This document shows positions 1-11,026 of a DNA stretch of 64,000 nt, piece by piece. The notes beneath the pieces were generated by a model. The model ran no database searches. It was not told the origin of the DNA and was given only the letters and a program-made list of their open reading frames with translations. This DNA comes from Burkholderiales bacterium (lineage in GTDB: Bacteria > Pseudomonadota > Gammaproteobacteria > Burkholderiales > Burkholderiaceae_C), in NCBI GenBank assembly GCA_038209585.1, contig JBBQXN010000006.1:2171-66170 (forward strand). The letters run 5' to 3'. How positions within the stretch are numbered: the stretch's first letter is position 1; every line of letters starts with the position of its first letter. The translations under genes were made by a program, and so were the position numbers.

Positions 1-1004
1 GCCACGGCATGCGCCAGAGCAGGCGCCGTGCAGTCTTCCTGGATCAGTTCTGGCACGACGAAATCTCGGCACAGGATGTTGGGTAAACCTACCCAGGGCT
101 GGTAGCGCATGCGCTTCATCAGTTGCCAGCTCAGCGGCTGCATGCGGTAGCCGATGACCATCGGGCGCTTGAACAGCGCGGCTTCCAGGGTGGCCGTACC
201 GCTGGCGATCAAGGTGGCGTCGCAGGCTGCAAGGGCGGCGTGGCTTTGGCCGTCCAGCCATTGCAATGGCACGCCAGGCGCATGCGCATCGGCCAGCGGC
301 TGCAGCGTTTGTCTCAAACCAGGGACCACGGGCAGGATGAAATGCAAGCCAGGCCGTTCACGCGCCAGCCGGGCAACGGCCTGCATGAACACCGGGGCAA
401 TGTACTGAATCTCGCTGCGGCGGCTGCCGGGCAGCACAGCCAGCACGGAGTCATCTTCGCCCAGGCCCAGCGCGTGTCGCGCCGCTGCGCGCGGCGGGTT
501 CAGCGGAATGGCATCGGCCAGCGGGTGGCCGACGAAAGTGGCGGCGACGCCATGGCGATGCAGCAGTTCTGGCTCGAAGGGGAACAAGCACAGCACATGG
601 TCGCAACTGGCGGCCATCTTCTTTGCGCGGCCGCCGCGCCAGGCCCAGATGGACGGGCAGACGAAATGGATGGTCTTGATACCCGCCCGCTTCAAGCGTG
701 TTTCCAAACCCAAATTGAAGTCCGGCGCATCCACGCCCACAAAAGCCTGGGGCGGCGACTGCAGCAAACGTCGGGCCAACGCATCGCGGATACCTGAGAT
801 TTCGCGGTAATGCCGCAGCACCTCGACATAGCCGCGCACGGCCAGCTTCTCATGCGGCCACCAGGCTTCGAAACCTTGTTCGGCCATGCGCGGGCCGCCA
901 ATGCCGGTGGTTTGCAGCTCAGGCCAGCGCTGGCGCATCCCCTGGAGCAGCATGCCGGCGAGCAGGTCGCCCGACGCCTCGCCTGCGACCAAAGCCAGTT
1001 GCAT
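1..1004 (-). CDS. lpxB: Lipid-A-disaccharide synthase (3' end runs off window)
   Basis: Manual translation of the minus strand from the ATG at 1004: MQLALVAGEASGDLLAG...VDAPDFN...HFVCPSIWAWR...GLPNILCRDFVVPELIQ. Directly downstream of lpxA. Not in the ORF track because it has no stop in the window. Confidence 0.95.
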   Translation of the reverse strand, partial: MQLALVAGEASGDLLAGMLLQGMRQRWPELQTTGIGGPRMAEQGFEAWWPHEKLAVRGYVEVLRHYREISGIRDALARRLLQSPPQAFVGVDAPDFNLGLETRLKRAGIKTIHFVCPSIWAWRGGRAKKMAASCDHVLCLFPFEPELLHRHGVAATFVGHPLADAIPLNPPRAAARHALGLGEDDSVLAVLPGSRRSEIQYIAPVFMQAVARLARERPGLHFILPVVPGLRQTLQPLADAHAPGVPLQWLDGQSHAALAACDATLIASGTATLEAALFKRPMVIGYRMQPLSWQLMKRMRYQPWVGLPNILCRDFVVPELIQEDCTAPALAHAV

Positions 1005-1017
1005 CCGCCAGGCCCGG

Positions 1018-1812
1018 TTAACGCGCAATGCCGCGCTTTGACGCGGCGACGAAGTCCAGCAGCGCCTGTATGTCGGAAACTGCGTCCGCATCAGCTGAAG
1101 CGCCCTTCAGCGCCGAAATGGCTTCAACAGCTGCGGCCAGCGTCAAGCCATCGCGATAAAGCAGCTTGTGCATCTGCTTTACCTGAGCGATCCGCTCTTG
1201 CGAGAACCCGCGTCGCCGCAGGCCTTCGATGTTGAAGCCATGCACGCCCAGCGGGTTGCCCGAAACCATCATGAAAGGCGGCACGTCTTGCGACACATGA
1301 CTTTGAAAACCCGTCATCGCATGCGCGCCGATCTTGCAGAACTGGTGCACGCCTGTCAGGCCGCCCACGATGACCCAATCACCCACCTGCACATGCCCGG
1401 CCAGCGTGGCGTTGTTGGCCAGGATGGTGTGGTGGCCCAGCTGCACGTCGTGCGCCAGATGCACGTACGCCATGATCCAGTTGTCGTTGCCCACGCGCGT
1501 GATGCCCACGTCTTGCGCCGTGCCCCGGTTGAAGGTGCAGAACTCGCGGATGGTGTTGCGGTCGCCGATGTGCAGCGCCGTGGGCTCGCCGCGGTACTTC
1601 ATGTCCTGCGGCGCACCGCCCAGCGCAGCGTGGTTGTGGATGCGGTTGTCGCAGCCAACGAGGGTCGGGCCCTCGATCGTGCAGTGCGAGCCTACGGTGG
1701 TGCCGCTGCCGATGCGAACACCTGCACCGATGACGCTGTAGGGGCCAATGCTGACGTCGTCGTGCAGCTCGGCCGTGCTGTCCACCAGTGCGCTGGCGTG
1801 AATGCGCAGCAT
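1018..1812 (-). CDS. lpxA: UDP-N-acetylglucosamine O-acyltransferase
   Basis: Hexapeptide repeats; [29 protein letters not shown]. Start trimmed to MLRIHASA. Confidence 0.96.
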   Translation of the reverse strand: MLRIHASALVDSTAELHDDVSIGPYSVIGAGVRIGSGTTVGSHCTIEGPTLVGCDNRIHNHAALGGAPQDMKYRGEPTALHIGDRNTIREFCTFNRGTAQDVGITRVGNDNWIMAYVHLAHDVQLGHHTILANNATLAGHVQVGDWVIVGGLTGVHQFCKIGAHAMTGFQSHVSQDVPPFMMVSGNPLGVHGFNIEGLRRRGFSQERIAQVKQMHKLLYRDGLTLAAAVEAISALKGASADADAVSDIQALLDFVAASKRGIAR

Positions 1813-1817
1813 GGGCC

Positions 1818-2264
1818 TCAGGCCACTCGGCGCACGGTGCACATCATGTCGGCTTCGACAGTCAGCAAGCCGTCCACCGTGGCGCGCGTCTTGTACTTGT
1901 AGATACCGGCCTTCACGCGGTCGATACTGGCTTCCAGGATGAGCTGGTCGCCCGGGCCCACGGGGCGCTTGAACCGCGCGCCGTCGATGCCGGCGAAATA
2001 CACCACCGTGTTCTCATCGGGCTGCGCATCGGCCGACTCGAAAGACAGCAAAGCGGCAGCCTGCGCCAAGGCTTCCAGCATCAGCACGCCCGGCATGACG
2101 GGCCGCGCCGGGAAGTGGCCGCTGAAGAACGGCTCGTTGTAGGTGACGTTCTTCAAAGCCTTGATGCGCACGCCCTTTTCGATCTCCAGCACGCGGTCTA
2201 CGAGCAGGAAAGGGTAGCGGTGCGGCAGCTTTTGCAGGATGCGTTGGATGTCCATCGAGTTCAC
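1818..2264 (-). CDS. fabZ: 3-hydroxyacyl-ACP dehydratase
   Basis: [35 protein letters not shown]. Confidence 0.97.
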   Translation of the reverse strand: MNSMDIQRILQKLPHRYPFLLVDRVLEIEKGVRIKALKNVTYNEPFFSGHFPARPVMPGVLMLEALAQAAALLSFESADAQPDENTVVYFAGIDGARFKRPVGPGDQLILEASIDRVKAGIYKYKTRATVDGLLTVEADMMCTVRRVA

Positions 2265-2270
2265 GGCGTA

Positions 2271-3293
2271 TCAGCTCTTCTTTTCCAGCGCACGCAGTCT
2301 GTCGCGCATGGCATGCAGGTTGCGCAGCGTGGCCGCGTTCTTTTCCCAGGAGGCATTGTCATCGAAGGGAAATAGGCCGCTGTACTGGCCTGCCTTCAAG
2401 ATCGAACGCGTGATGACGGTGGCTGCGCTGATGTGCACATGGTCGGCAATCTGCAGATGCCCCAGGATGATGGCGCCGCCCCCAGCCGTGCAATGCCGGC
2501 CGATACGCGCGCTGCCCGCCACGCCCACGCAGCCGGCGAAAGCGGTGTGCGCACCGATGTGCACGTTGTGGCCGATCTGCACCAGGTTGTCCAGCTTCAC
2601 GCCGTCTTCGATGACGGTGTCGTCCAGCGCGCCGCGGTCGATACAGGTGTTGGCGCCGATCTCGACATCGTCGCCAATGCGAACCGCACCAAGCTGCTCG
2701 ATCTTCTCCCAGCGCCCCTCCGCAGGCGCGAATCCGAAGCCATCGGCACCGATGACCACACCCCCGTGCACGATGCCAAGCTGCCCTATGCGACAAGCCT
2801 CCCCCAGGCTTGCGCGCGCTGACAGCCGGGTTCCAGCGCCCACCACGGCACCGGCACCCACGAAAGCCTGCGCGCCGATGACGGCGTCTGCCGCCACACG
2901 TGCACCCGCACCCACGAATGCCATCGCGCCAACGCTAGCGCTGGCATGTACCTGGGCACCGGGCTCGACCACGGCTGTGGGATGTACACCGGGCGCTGGC
3001 AGCGGCCGTATCTGTGCTGCCCACCACTGGGTCAGCCGGGCAAATGCCAGATAGGGGTCGGAGCAAACGATGCAGGCGCCCCGCCCTGCTGCCAGTTCGC
3101 GCTGGGCCGGACCGACAATGACACAGCCGGCTTGCGTGGAAGCCAGCTGCGCCTGATAGCGTGGGTTAGACAAAAAGCTGATGCTTTGCGCGTCAGCAGT
3201 CTCTAGCGGCGCTATGCGCGTCATCAGAAGCTGACCATCACCTACCAGTTCACCGGCAAGCAGGCGGGCCAGGTCGGCGATGGTCGCCTGCAC
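2271..3293 (-). CDS. lpxD: UDP-3-O-acyl-glucosamine N-acyltransferase
   Basis: [32 protein letters not shown]. Confidence 0.96.
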   Translation of the reverse strand: MQATIADLARLLAGELVGDGQLLMTRIAPLETADAQSISFLSNPRYQAQLASTQAGCVIVGPAQRELAAGRGACIVCSDPYLAFARLTQWWAAQIRPLPAPGVHPTAVVEPGAQVHASASVGAMAFVGAGARVAADAVIGAQAFVGAGAVVGAGTRLSARASLGEACRIGQLGIVHGGVVIGADGFGFAPAEGRWEKIEQLGAVRIGDDVEIGANTCIDRGALDDTVIEDGVKLDNLVQIGHNVHIGAHTAFAGCVGVAGSARIGRHCTAGGGAIILGHLQIADHVHISAATVITRSILKAGQYSGLFPFDDNASWEKNAATLRNLHAMRDRLRALEKKS

Positions 3294-3299
3294 GGCGGC

Positions 3300-3824
3300 T
3301 TATTTGGCGCCAGCTGCGGCAGGCGAGTTCAAGCCCTTGATGACCTTGTCGGTGATGTCGACCTTGCTGCTGGCGAAAACGGCTTCCTGCAGGATCAGGT
3401 CGTACTTCTCGCCATCAAAAATCTGCTTGATGACGCGATTGGCGCGTTCGACCACGGCCGCCAGCTCTTCGTTGCGACGCTGGTTCAAGTCTTCCTGAAA
3501 CTCGCGGCGCTTGCGCTGGATGTCCCGGTCTTGCTCGACCAGCTCACGCTGTCGACGTTGCTGCTCGGCAGGCGCCAGCGTGGGACCGTCTTTCTCCAGC
3601 TTGTCGGCGGATGCCTTCAGGCGCTGGGCCAGATCGGACAACTCTTTCTCGCGCTTGCCGAATTCGGCTTCGAGCTTGGTTTGAGCCGCTTTCGCAGGCA
3701 CAGCTTCGCGCAGAACGCGTTCGCTGTTCACATAGCCGATTTTCAGTTCCTGCGCAACGGCGGGTGCCGAAGAACTCAGCAACAGGGCCGCAGCGGCAAG
3801 CCAATGGATGGCAAAAGTCTTCAT
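3300..3824 (-). CDS. skp: OmpH/Skp periplasmic chaperone
   Basis: Signal peptide, KIGYVN, coiled coil, DITDKVI; lies between bamA and lpxD. Confidence 0.93.
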   Translation of the reverse strand: MKTFAIHWLAAAALLLSSSAPAVAQELKIGYVNSERVLREAVPAKAAQTKLEAEFGKREKELSDLAQRLKASADKLEKDGPTLAPAEQQRRQRELVEQDRDIQRKRREFQEDLNQRRNEELAAVVERANRVIKQIFDGEKYDLILQEAVFASSKVDITDKVIKGLNSPAAAGAK

Positions 3825-6127
3825 CAGAACGCAGTCCCGATCTGGAATTGGAAACGTTGGATTCTATCGTTGCGCAAGAACTGCACCGGCTTGCCGTAAC
3901 TAAGTTGCAAGGGCCCGACCGGAGAAATCCAGCTCAGCCCCAAGCCGACCGACGTGCGCAGCGAATTGCCGGTGACTTTTTCGTCTTCACGCCAGACGTT
4001 GCCGGTGTCGACGAAGGCAAACACGCGCAGCGACTTGTCGTTGCCGGTGCCCGGCACCGGGAAGTAGAGCGAGGTGTTCAGGTTGAAGCGCTTGGCGCCA
4101 CCGATGTAGGCGCCCGTGGGATCGACGACGCCCAGCGAGCCCTGTTCAAAACCGCGGACCGTACCCAGGCCGCCGCCATAGAAATTCTTGAATACCGGGA
4201 AAGGCTTGCCGCCCAGGCCCTGTCCCAAGCCGATCTCGGCATTCACGCCCAAGGACAGCCTGTAGGGCAAAGGCCAGAACTCCTGGTACTGCAAATTGGT
4301 ACGCGTGTAGCGCACATCGCCGAACAGGCTGGCTTCAATGTTGATGCGCTGGTAGCGACCCGTCGACGGTGTCAGCACGCTGTCGCGGGCATCGCGCGCC
4401 CAGCCCAGCGTCAAGGGGAAAGCGTTGGCATTGTTCCCGAAGAGGGCCCGGTAATTGAGGTAGCTCAAGGGAATGCCGGCGCTGGTGCCGATCTCGGTGC
4501 GCTCAAAACCGATGCCCATGAACACCGTGTCGTACTCGGAGAAAGGCACACCAAATCGGATGGCTGCGCCCGGAGTCGTCAGGTCATACGCGTCGCCCAG
4601 GCTGTTGAATGGGCGGCTGACGCGGTAGTAAACGTCGATGGCGCGCGAGATGCCGTCGACGGTGAAGTAAGGGTCCACCGTGGTCAGCACCAGGGCACGG
4701 TTGTTGCGGCTGGTGTTGACCTCGATGCCCAGGTAGTTGCCTGAGCCGAAGGCGTTGTCTTGCTTGATGGACGCCGTAAAGGTCAGCTTCTCGGCGTTGG
4801 AATAGCCCGCGCCCACGATCAGGTTGCCGGTGGGCTTCTCGGTCACGTTGACGATCAGGTCCACCTGGTCGGGCGCGCCAGGGACTTCGTTGTTCTCGAC
4901 CTCGACGTCCTTGAAGTAGCCCAGACGCTCGACGCGCTCTTTCGACAGCTTGATCAAGCCGCCGTCGTACCAGGCCGATTCGAGCTGGCGGAATTCGCGC
5001 CGGATGACTTCATCGCGCGTGCGCGTGTTGCCGGCCACGTCGATGCGGCGCACGTACACGCGGCGCTGCGGGTCGGCCGTCAGCACCACGGCCACCTGCC
5101 CGGTTTCGCGGTCGATGATGGGGCGCTGGTCGATGCGCGCGAAGGCGTAGCCGTACAGGCCAAACAGATCGGTGAAGCGGCGCGTGGTTTCAGCCACCGC
5201 GTCACCGCGGTACGGCTGGCCAGGGCGCAGGGCCACAAAAGCGCGGAACTCGTCTTCCTTGCCCAGGTAGTCGCCTTCCAGGCGCACGGAAGTGACGGTG
5301 TAGGGCTGGCCTTCACGCACCGAGATGGCAACGGAAATGGTTTGTTTGTCGGGCGAAATCGTCACCTGCGTCGATTCGACGGCGAATTCCAGATAGCCGC
5401 GGTTGACGTAGTAGGCGCGCAGCTTTTCAAGGTCGGCGTTGAGTTTGCTGCGCGAGTAGCGGTCGGTCTTGCTGTACCAGGTGAACCAGCCAGAACGCGT
5501 CAACTCGAACAAGCCCAGCAGGGTCGAACTGTCGAAAACCTTGTTGCCACTGATGCGGATGTCGGCGATGCGTGCGGCGTCGCCTTCGGTCATCGTGAAA
5601 GTGACGTTGACGCGGTTGCGTTCCAGCGGTGTGATGGTCGTCACCACCTCGGCGCCATACAGGCTGCGGCCCAGGTATTGGCGCTTGATTTCCTGTTCGG
5701 CACGGTCGATGAGCGCGCGGTCGAAAGGCAGGCCCTCGCCAATGCCTGCATCCCGCAGCGACTTGCCCAGCGGGTCTTTGTCGAACTCTTTCAGGCCGAC
5801 GAAAGTGACGCTGGCGATGATGGAGCGTTCATCGACGATGAGCACCGCCACGTCGCCTTCGATCTCGATACGCACGTCCTTGAACAAGCCCGTGGCAAAC
5901 AAAGAACGCAGGGCCGCCGAACCCTTGTCGTCGGTGTAGGTGTCGCCGATGCGGAATGGCAAAGCCGCGAAGACGGTACCGGGGTCGGTGCGCTGGAGAC
6001 CTTCAATACGGATGTCCTTCAGCACGAAGGGCTCCACGGCCAGCGCCGGGGTGCTGTGAATGGCCGCCACAGCGACGATCAGGGCCGCAAGCTGGCGCGA
6101 CGGCCCGAACAGGGAAACAGGGAGCAT
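3824..6127 (-). CDS. bamA: Outer membrane protein assembly factor BamA
   Basis: IRIEGLQRT POTRA start, GNTRTRDEVIRRE, VRGF, C-terminal FQFQIGTAF. Start trimmed to MLPVSLF because the ORF-track start overlaps rseP. Confidence 0.97.
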   Translation of the reverse strand: MLPVSLFGPSRQLAALIVAVAAIHSTPALAVEPFVLKDIRIEGLQRTDPGTVFAALPFRIGDTYTDDKGSAALRSLFATGLFKDVRIEIEGDVAVLIVDERSIIASVTFVGLKEFDKDPLGKSLRDAGIGEGLPFDRALIDRAEQEIKRQYLGRSLYGAEVVTTITPLERNRVNVTFTMTEGDAARIADIRISGNKVFDSSTLLGLFELTRSGWFTWYSKTDRYSRSKLNADLEKLRAYYVNRGYLEFAVESTQVTISPDKQTISVAISVREGQPYTVTSVRLEGDYLGKEDEFRAFVALRPGQPYRGDAVAETTRRFTDLFGLYGYAFARIDQRPIIDRETGQVAVVLTADPQRRVYVRRIDVAGNTRTRDEVIRREFRQLESAWYDGGLIKLSKERVERLGYFKDVEVENNEVPGAPDQVDLIVNVTEKPTGNLIVGAGYSNAEKLTFTASIKQDNAFGSGNYLGIEVNTSRNNRALVLTTVDPYFTVDGISRAIDVYYRVSRPFNSLGDAYDLTTPGAAIRFGVPFSEYDTVFMGIGFERTEIGTSAGIPLSYLNYRALFGNNANAFPLTLGWARDARDSVLTPSTGRYQRINIEASLFGDVRYTRTNLQYQEFWPLPYRLSLGVNAEIGLGQGLGGKPFPVFKNFYGGGLGTVRGFEQGSLGVVDPTGAYIGGAKRFNLNTSLYFPVPGTGNDKSLRVFAFVDTGNVWREDEKVTGNSLRTSVGLGLSWISPVGPLQLSYGKPVQFLRNDRIQRFQFQIGTAF

Positions 6128-6132
6128 GGGAT

Positions 6133-7533
6133 TCAGTTGGCGCCCAGCAAGCGGGCCACGTCGTTGTAGAGGGCGACCGACATCATCAGCATCAGGACGG
6201 CAATGCCGCCGTGCTGCAGTCTGGCCAGCCAGAGATCGGACGGCGCGCGCCCGGTGACAGCCTCGAAAATGTAATACATCAGGTGGCCGCCATCGAGCAT
6301 GGGCAGTGGCAACAGGTTCAACACGCCCAGGCTGACACTGACCAGGGCCAGAAATCCCAGATAGAAGGCCAGCCCCTGGTTGACTGACTGGCCAGCGTAT
6401 TCGGCAATCGTCAACGGCCCGCTCAGATTCTTCAGCGAGGCTTCGCCCACGACCATGCGCCCGAGCATCGTCACCGTCAGCGCAGAAACCTCCCACGTGC
6501 GCTCGGCACCCAGCACCAGGCCGTCGATGGGCCCGCGACGCACAGTCACCATTTCAGGCGGCTGGCCAACAAAAGCATCGATGCGGCCCACAGCGGCGCC
6601 CCGGCCTTCGTTGGCAGCGGGGTCTGTCACCACACGCGGTGTGACCGCCAGACTCAGGGTCTGACCGCTGCGCTCAACCTGCCACTGCTGTGCCTGCGGC
6701 TGCTGGCTCGCTGTGCCGGCCTGCACGGCAGCCCGGATGCGTTCGCGCAGCGACTGCGCGTCTGCCACCGGTGCGCCGTCAACACTGATCACACGGTCGC
6801 CGGCCAGCAGGCCAGCCAGTGCTGCCGGCCCACCGGCCCTGACTTCGCCCAGCACCGGTTCGCTGTACGGGCTGCCCAGGCCGATCTTGCGCATCAACTC
6901 GGCATTGACTTCGCGCGTGGGCAGCTTGGCCAGGTCCAGCGAAATCGTGCGCGAACCCGTGCCGTCGCGCCGGCTGACCTGCAAGTCCATCCGGCCTTGG
7001 CGCAGTGCCGCCTGAGTCACTTCCCAGCGCAGGTCGGTCATCGACGAAACGTCTTGCCAGTCACCGCCGTCTTGCGCCAGCGCGCGTACCCAGTCACCGG
7101 CTTGCAGCCCAGCGCGTTCAGCCACGCTTTGCGCGACCGGCGGCCCGAGAACGGCCTTGGGCTCTTGCAAACCGATCCAGTTGGCTGCAGCGTAAAGCAG
7201 CACGGCCAGGCCGAGATTGGCGATGGGGCCCGCCGCGACGATGGCAGCACGCTGACGCAAAGGCTGGCGGTTGAAGGCCTGTGCCGCCAGCTCGGGCGCC
7301 ACCGCGCCCTCTCGCTCGTCGAGCATGCGCACGTAGCCGCCCAGGGGCAGCGCGCACAACACGAACTCCGTCGAGTCGGGGCTTTTCTGATGACGCCAGA
7401 TCACTTTGCCGAAGCCCACCGAGAAACGCAGCACCTTGACGCCACAGGCCACGGCCACACGGTAGTGACCGTATTCGTGAATGACGATGAGCACGCCCAG
7501 CGTGAACAGAAAAGCCAGAACGGTCGTGATCAA
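6133..7533 (-). CDS. rseP: RIP metalloprotease RseP
   Basis: HEYGH zinc motif, two PDZ-like regions, NLLPLPMLDGG. Confidence 0.96.
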   Translation of the reverse strand: MITTVLAFLFTLGVLIVIHEYGHYRVAVACGVKVLRFSVGFGKVIWRHQKSPDSTEFVLCALPLGGYVRMLDEREGAVAPELAAQAFNRQPLRQRAAIVAAGPIANLGLAVLLYAAANWIGLQEPKAVLGPPVAQSVAERAGLQAGDWVRALAQDGGDWQDVSSMTDLRWEVTQAALRQGRMDLQVSRRDGTGSRTISLDLAKLPTREVNAELMRKIGLGSPYSEPVLGEVRAGGPAALAGLLAGDRVISVDGAPVADAQSLRERIRAAVQAGTASQQPQAQQWQVERSGQTLSLAVTPRVVTDPAANEGRGAAVGRIDAFVGQPPEMVTVRRGPIDGLVLGAERTWEVSALTVTMLGRMVVGEASLKNLSGPLTIAEYAGQSVNQGLAFYLGFLALVSVSLGVLNLLPLPMLDGGHLMYYIFEAVTGRAPSDLWLARLQHGGIAVLMLMMSVALYNDVARLLGAN

Positions 7534-8786
7534 GCGGCAAACTCCCCAATCAATTGGCGGGCATGGCTGCGCGCTCGGCGGTCGATCTCCAAAACGTCGT
7601 CCAGGTTCCGCGCGGGGCCCAGGCGCGATGTAAAGGAATCCACCGTCTGTGCGTTCACGCGGTGGATGGCAGTAAAAGCGATGCGTCCGGCCAAAAACGC
7701 CGCTACCGCTTCTTCATTGGCAGCATTGAGCACCGCTGTACTGCCGGCCGGCGCTGCCAGGGCGTCATAAGCCAGCTGCAGGCCCGGGAAGCGCAAGGGG
7801 TCGGGCGGCTCGAAGCTCAGAGCCTGCAGCTTCAGAAAGTCCAGGTGCTCGGCCCCGGATTCAACGCGTTCCGGGAATGACAGCCCGTAAGCGATGGGCA
7901 CCTTCATGTCCGGCGTGCCCATCTGCGCCAGCACCGAAGCGTCGCGGCACACCACCATCGAATGGATGATGCTCTGCGGATGAAGTACCACGCGAATGCG
8001 CGCGGGCTCCAGATCGAACAGCCAGCGCGCCTCGATGACCTCGAGCGCCTTGTTCATCATCGTCGCCGAATCGACCGAAATCTTCTGCCCCATGACCCAG
8101 TTCGGGTGCGCCACGGCTTCAGCCGGCGTGATGCTGGCGAAGGTGGCGGGGTCGCGGCGGCGGAAGGGCCCGCCGCTGGCAGTGAGCACGATGTGGTCTA
8201 TGCGCTGGGCCCAGGTGCTGCGGTCTTCGGGCAAGCACTGGAAGATGGCGGAGTGCTCGCTGTCGATGGGCAGCAACGTGGCGCCGCCGTCCTGCACAGC
8301 TTGCATGAACAAATCTGCACCGACCACCAGCGCTTCCTTGTTGGCCAGCAGCAAGCGCTTGCCAGCCCGTGCCGCAGCCATGCAAGGCGGCAGGCCAGCG
8401 GCGCCAACGATGGCGGCCATGACGCTGTCCACGTCCGAGCTGGCGGCCAGGTCGCACAGCGCCTGCTGGCCAACTTGGACCTCGATGGTCACGCCATGTT
8501 CAGCCAGAGCCTGGCGCAAGGCAGCCGCGCGCTCTTCTGTAGGCAGCACTGCCACGCGCGGGCGAAAGCGCAGACATTGCTGCAGCAGCAAGTCAACGCG
8601 CGCATGCGCAGTCAGGCCGATGATCTGGAAGCGTTCAGGGTGGCGCGCTACTACGTCCAGCGTGCTGGTGCCCACCGAGCCTGTGGAGCCCAGTACGGCC
8701 AGGCGGAGGCGCCGCTCAGACCTGGGTGCGGATGCAGATGCGGGTCCAGGTGCGGGTGCGGAAGAAGTGCTTCGGGTGTCCGTCAT
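7530..8786 (-). CDS. dxr: 1-deoxy-D-xylulose 5-phosphate reductoisomerase
   Basis: LGSTGSVG, LANKE, LPIDSEH, HPNWVMGQKISVDSATMMNK. Start trimmed to MTDTRST. Confidence 0.96.
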   Translation of the reverse strand: MTDTRSTSSAPAPGPASASAPRSERRLRLAVLGSTGSVGTSTLDVVARHPERFQIIGLTAHARVDLLLQQCLRFRPRVAVLPTEERAAALRQALAEHGVTIEVQVGQQALCDLAASSDVDSVMAAIVGAAGLPPCMAAARAGKRLLLANKEALVVGADLFMQAVQDGGATLLPIDSEHSAIFQCLPEDRSTWAQRIDHIVLTASGGPFRRRDPATFASITPAEAVAHPNWVMGQKISVDSATMMNKALEVIEARWLFDLEPARIRVVLHPQSIIHSMVVCRDASVLAQMGTPDMKVPIAYGLSFPERVESGAEHLDFLKLQALSFEPPDPLRFPGLQLAYDALAAPAGSTAVLNAANEEAVAAFLAGRIAFTAIHRVNAQTVDSFTSRLGPARNLDDVLEIDRRARSHARQLIGEFAA

Positions 8787-9628
8787 GACGGGCTCATTGA
8801 ATTCAACGCCAGTGCCAGCGGCAAGACCGGCAGCAAGGCATCCACCCTGTCCAGCACCCCGCCGTGGCCTGGCAAAAGGCGACTGCTGTCCTTGGCCCCT
8901 GCAGAACGCTTGACCAGCGATTCCACCAAGTCGCCCATCACGCTGAACGCGGACAATGAAGCTAGAGCCAGTGCCGCACCTGGCCAGCCCAGTCCCTGCT
9001 GCAGCCGAGTGTAGAGGCTGGGGGTATCCACGCCGAAACGGCGGTCGATCAGCCACCATAGTCCGGCCAGCAGGAATACCCCCGCCAAACCTGACCACAC
9101 GCCTTCCCAGCTTTTGCCCGGGCTGATGGAAGGTGCCAACTTACGCTTGCCGAAGCGGCGGCCGCCAAAGTAGGCCGCCACGTCTGCCATCCAGACCAGG
9201 CACAAAACCGACAGCAGGAAGTTGATGCCGATGGCGCGCGCATGAGTGAGCGCCAGCCAAGCCGCCCACAGGCCGATCAAGCCCAGCAGCCAACGCCCCG
9301 CACGAGGTAACCGCGGCCATGCTGCGGGCCCCGTTCGCAAAGCCAAACCGCCACCCAGCGCCCACAGCAGCACCGCACTCCACCACAGCGCCGCAGGCGC
9401 CGAAGCAGCCCAAGGTCCGATCAGGGCCACGACACCGGCCGCACCCACGGCCAGGCCGAACGACACTGAACGCCAGCTGCCGGCCTGGTTCAGCCGACCC
9501 CACTCCCAGCCTGCTGCTGCCATGAGCACCAGCGTGACACCGGCGAAAGGCCACAAGCTGTCTTGCGCCAGCGCCAGCAAAAGAAGACCGACGAGGACCA
9601 GGGCCGTGACGACGCGCTGCAGCAGCAT
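8783..9628 (-). CDS. cdsA: Phosphatidate cytidylyltransferase
   Basis: Multiple TM segments; SPGKSWEG, KDSSRLLPGHGGVLDRVD. Confidence 0.95.
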   Translation of the reverse strand: MLLQRVVTALVLVGLLLLALAQDSLWPFAGVTLVLMAAAGWEWGRLNQAGSWRSVSFGLAVGAAGVVALIGPWAASAPAALWWSAVLLWALGGGLALRTGPAAWPRLPRAGRWLLGLIGLWAAWLALTHARAIGINFLLSVLCLVWMADVAAYFGGRRFGKRKLAPSISPGKSWEGVWSGLAGVFLLAGLWWLIDRRFGVDTPSLYTRLQQGLGWPGAALALASLSAFSVMGDLVESLVKRSAGAKDSSRLLPGHGGVLDRVDALLPVLPLALALNSMSPS

Positions 9629-9663
9629 CGGGTCAGTGCAGCGCTTTCAGGTGCCAGCGCATG

Positions 9664-10434
9664 TCAGGTGCGGACGGCCACAGGTTGCGCCGCCGCAATA
9701 CCGCCGAAGCGGCGGTCTCGTTGGCCATACGCGCGCAAAGCCGCGTCTATTTCGGCTTCACCGAAATCGGGCCACAGGCATTCAGTGAAGAACAGTTCGG
9801 AATAGGCGGCCTGCCAGAGCAGGAAGTTGCTCATGCGCATCTCACCCCCTGTGCGGATGAACAGATCCGGGTCGGGCGCGAAATTCAAGGCCAACTGCTG
9901 CGAAAGAAACTTCTCGTCGAAGTCCTCGACTTTCACGCCGTCGGCCAGCGCACGGCGGCAGGCTTGAACGACGTCCCAGCGGCCACCGTAATTGAAAGCC
10001 ACCGACAGCGTGATGCGGGTGTTCTTCTCCGTCAGCTTTTCAGCCTGTTCCCAGGCAGCACGCAACTTGTCGGAAACCGCGGAACGGTCGCCGATGATGC
10101 GGATGCGCACGCCGTCACCGGCCATCTTGGCCAGGTATTTCGACACAGCCACCAGCACCAGACTCATCAGGCCCGTCACTTCTTCAGCCGGACGCTTCCA
10201 GTTTTCTGAAGAAAAGGCAAAGACGGTCAGGTACTCGACACCGCGATCTGCAAAAGCATTGACCGCACGCACCAAGGCATCCACACCCTGCTTGTGCCCG
10301 AAGAAGCGCGGCATGTAGCGCTGGCGTGCCCAGCGACCGTTGCCGTCCATCACCACGGCGACATGGCGGGGCACGACAGGGCGCTGGATGGCAGCTTGGG
10401 CTGCTGTGTCGGCGATGAACGAGTTGGTGTGCAT
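9664..10434 (-). CDS. uppS: Undecaprenyl diphosphate synthase
   Basis: HVAVVMDGNGRWA, AFSSENWKR, IRTGGEMRMSNFLLWQ; exact start uncertain. Confidence 0.95.
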   Translation of the reverse strand: MHTNSFIADTAAQAAIQRPVVPRHVAVVMDGNGRWARQRYMPRFFGHKQGVDALVRAVNAFADRGVEYLTVFAFSSENWKRPAEEVTGLMSLVLVAVSKYLAKMAGDGVRIRIIGDRSAVSDKLRAAWEQAEKLTEKNTRITLSVAFNYGGRWDVVQACRRALADGVKVEDFDEKFLSQQLALNFAPDPDLFIRTGGEMRMSNFLLWQAAYSELFFTECLWPDFGEAEIDAALRAYGQRDRRFGGIAAAQPVAVRT

Positions 10435-10448
10435 GGAGAGCGGCACGC

Positions 10449-11009
10449 TCAGACGGCCATCACTTCGGCTTCCTTGCCCTGCACCAGCTTGTCAATTTCG
10501 CCGATGGTGCGGTCGGTCAGGCGCTGAACTTCGTCCTGCGACCTGCGTTCATCGTCTTCGGCAACGAGTTTTTCCTTCAGCAACTTTTTCAGATGCTCGT
10601 TGGCGTCGCGCCGTACCCCACGGGCCGCTATCTTGGCGTCTTCGCCTGCGTTACGCACCACCTTGGTCAGCTCGCGGCGGCGTTCTTCGGTGAGCGCGGG
10701 CATGGGCACGCGCATCAGCTCACCTTGAGATGATGGGTTCAAGCCCAGGTCAGACTCTCGGATGGCCTTCTCGATCTTGGCGCCCATGCCCTTTTCCCAA
10801 GGTTGCACGGTGATCGTGCGGGCGTCGAGCAAGCTCACGTTGGCCACCTGGCTGATCGGCACCATGGAACCGTAGTAATCCACCAGCACCTGGTCGAGCA
10901 AACCCGGGTGGGCTCGCCCGGTGCGGATCTTGTGCAACTCGTTCTTGAACGCCTCGATGGTTTTGCCCATCTTCTCTTCGGCGGTCTTCTTGATTTCAGG
11001 GATGCTCAT
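10449..11009 (-). CDS. frr: Ribosome recycling factor
   Basis: [19 protein letters not shown]. Confidence 0.97.
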   Translation of the reverse strand: MSIPEIKKTAEEKMGKTIEAFKNELHKIRTGRAHPGLLDQVLVDYYGSMVPISQVANVSLLDARTITVQPWEKGMGAKIEKAIRESDLGLNPSSQGELMRVPMPALTEERRRELTKVVRNAGEDAKIAARGVRRDANEHLKKLLKEKLVAEDDERRSQDEVQRLTDRTIGEIDKLVQGKEAEVMAV

Positions 11010-11026
11010 GGCTGCGGCAGTCTCCT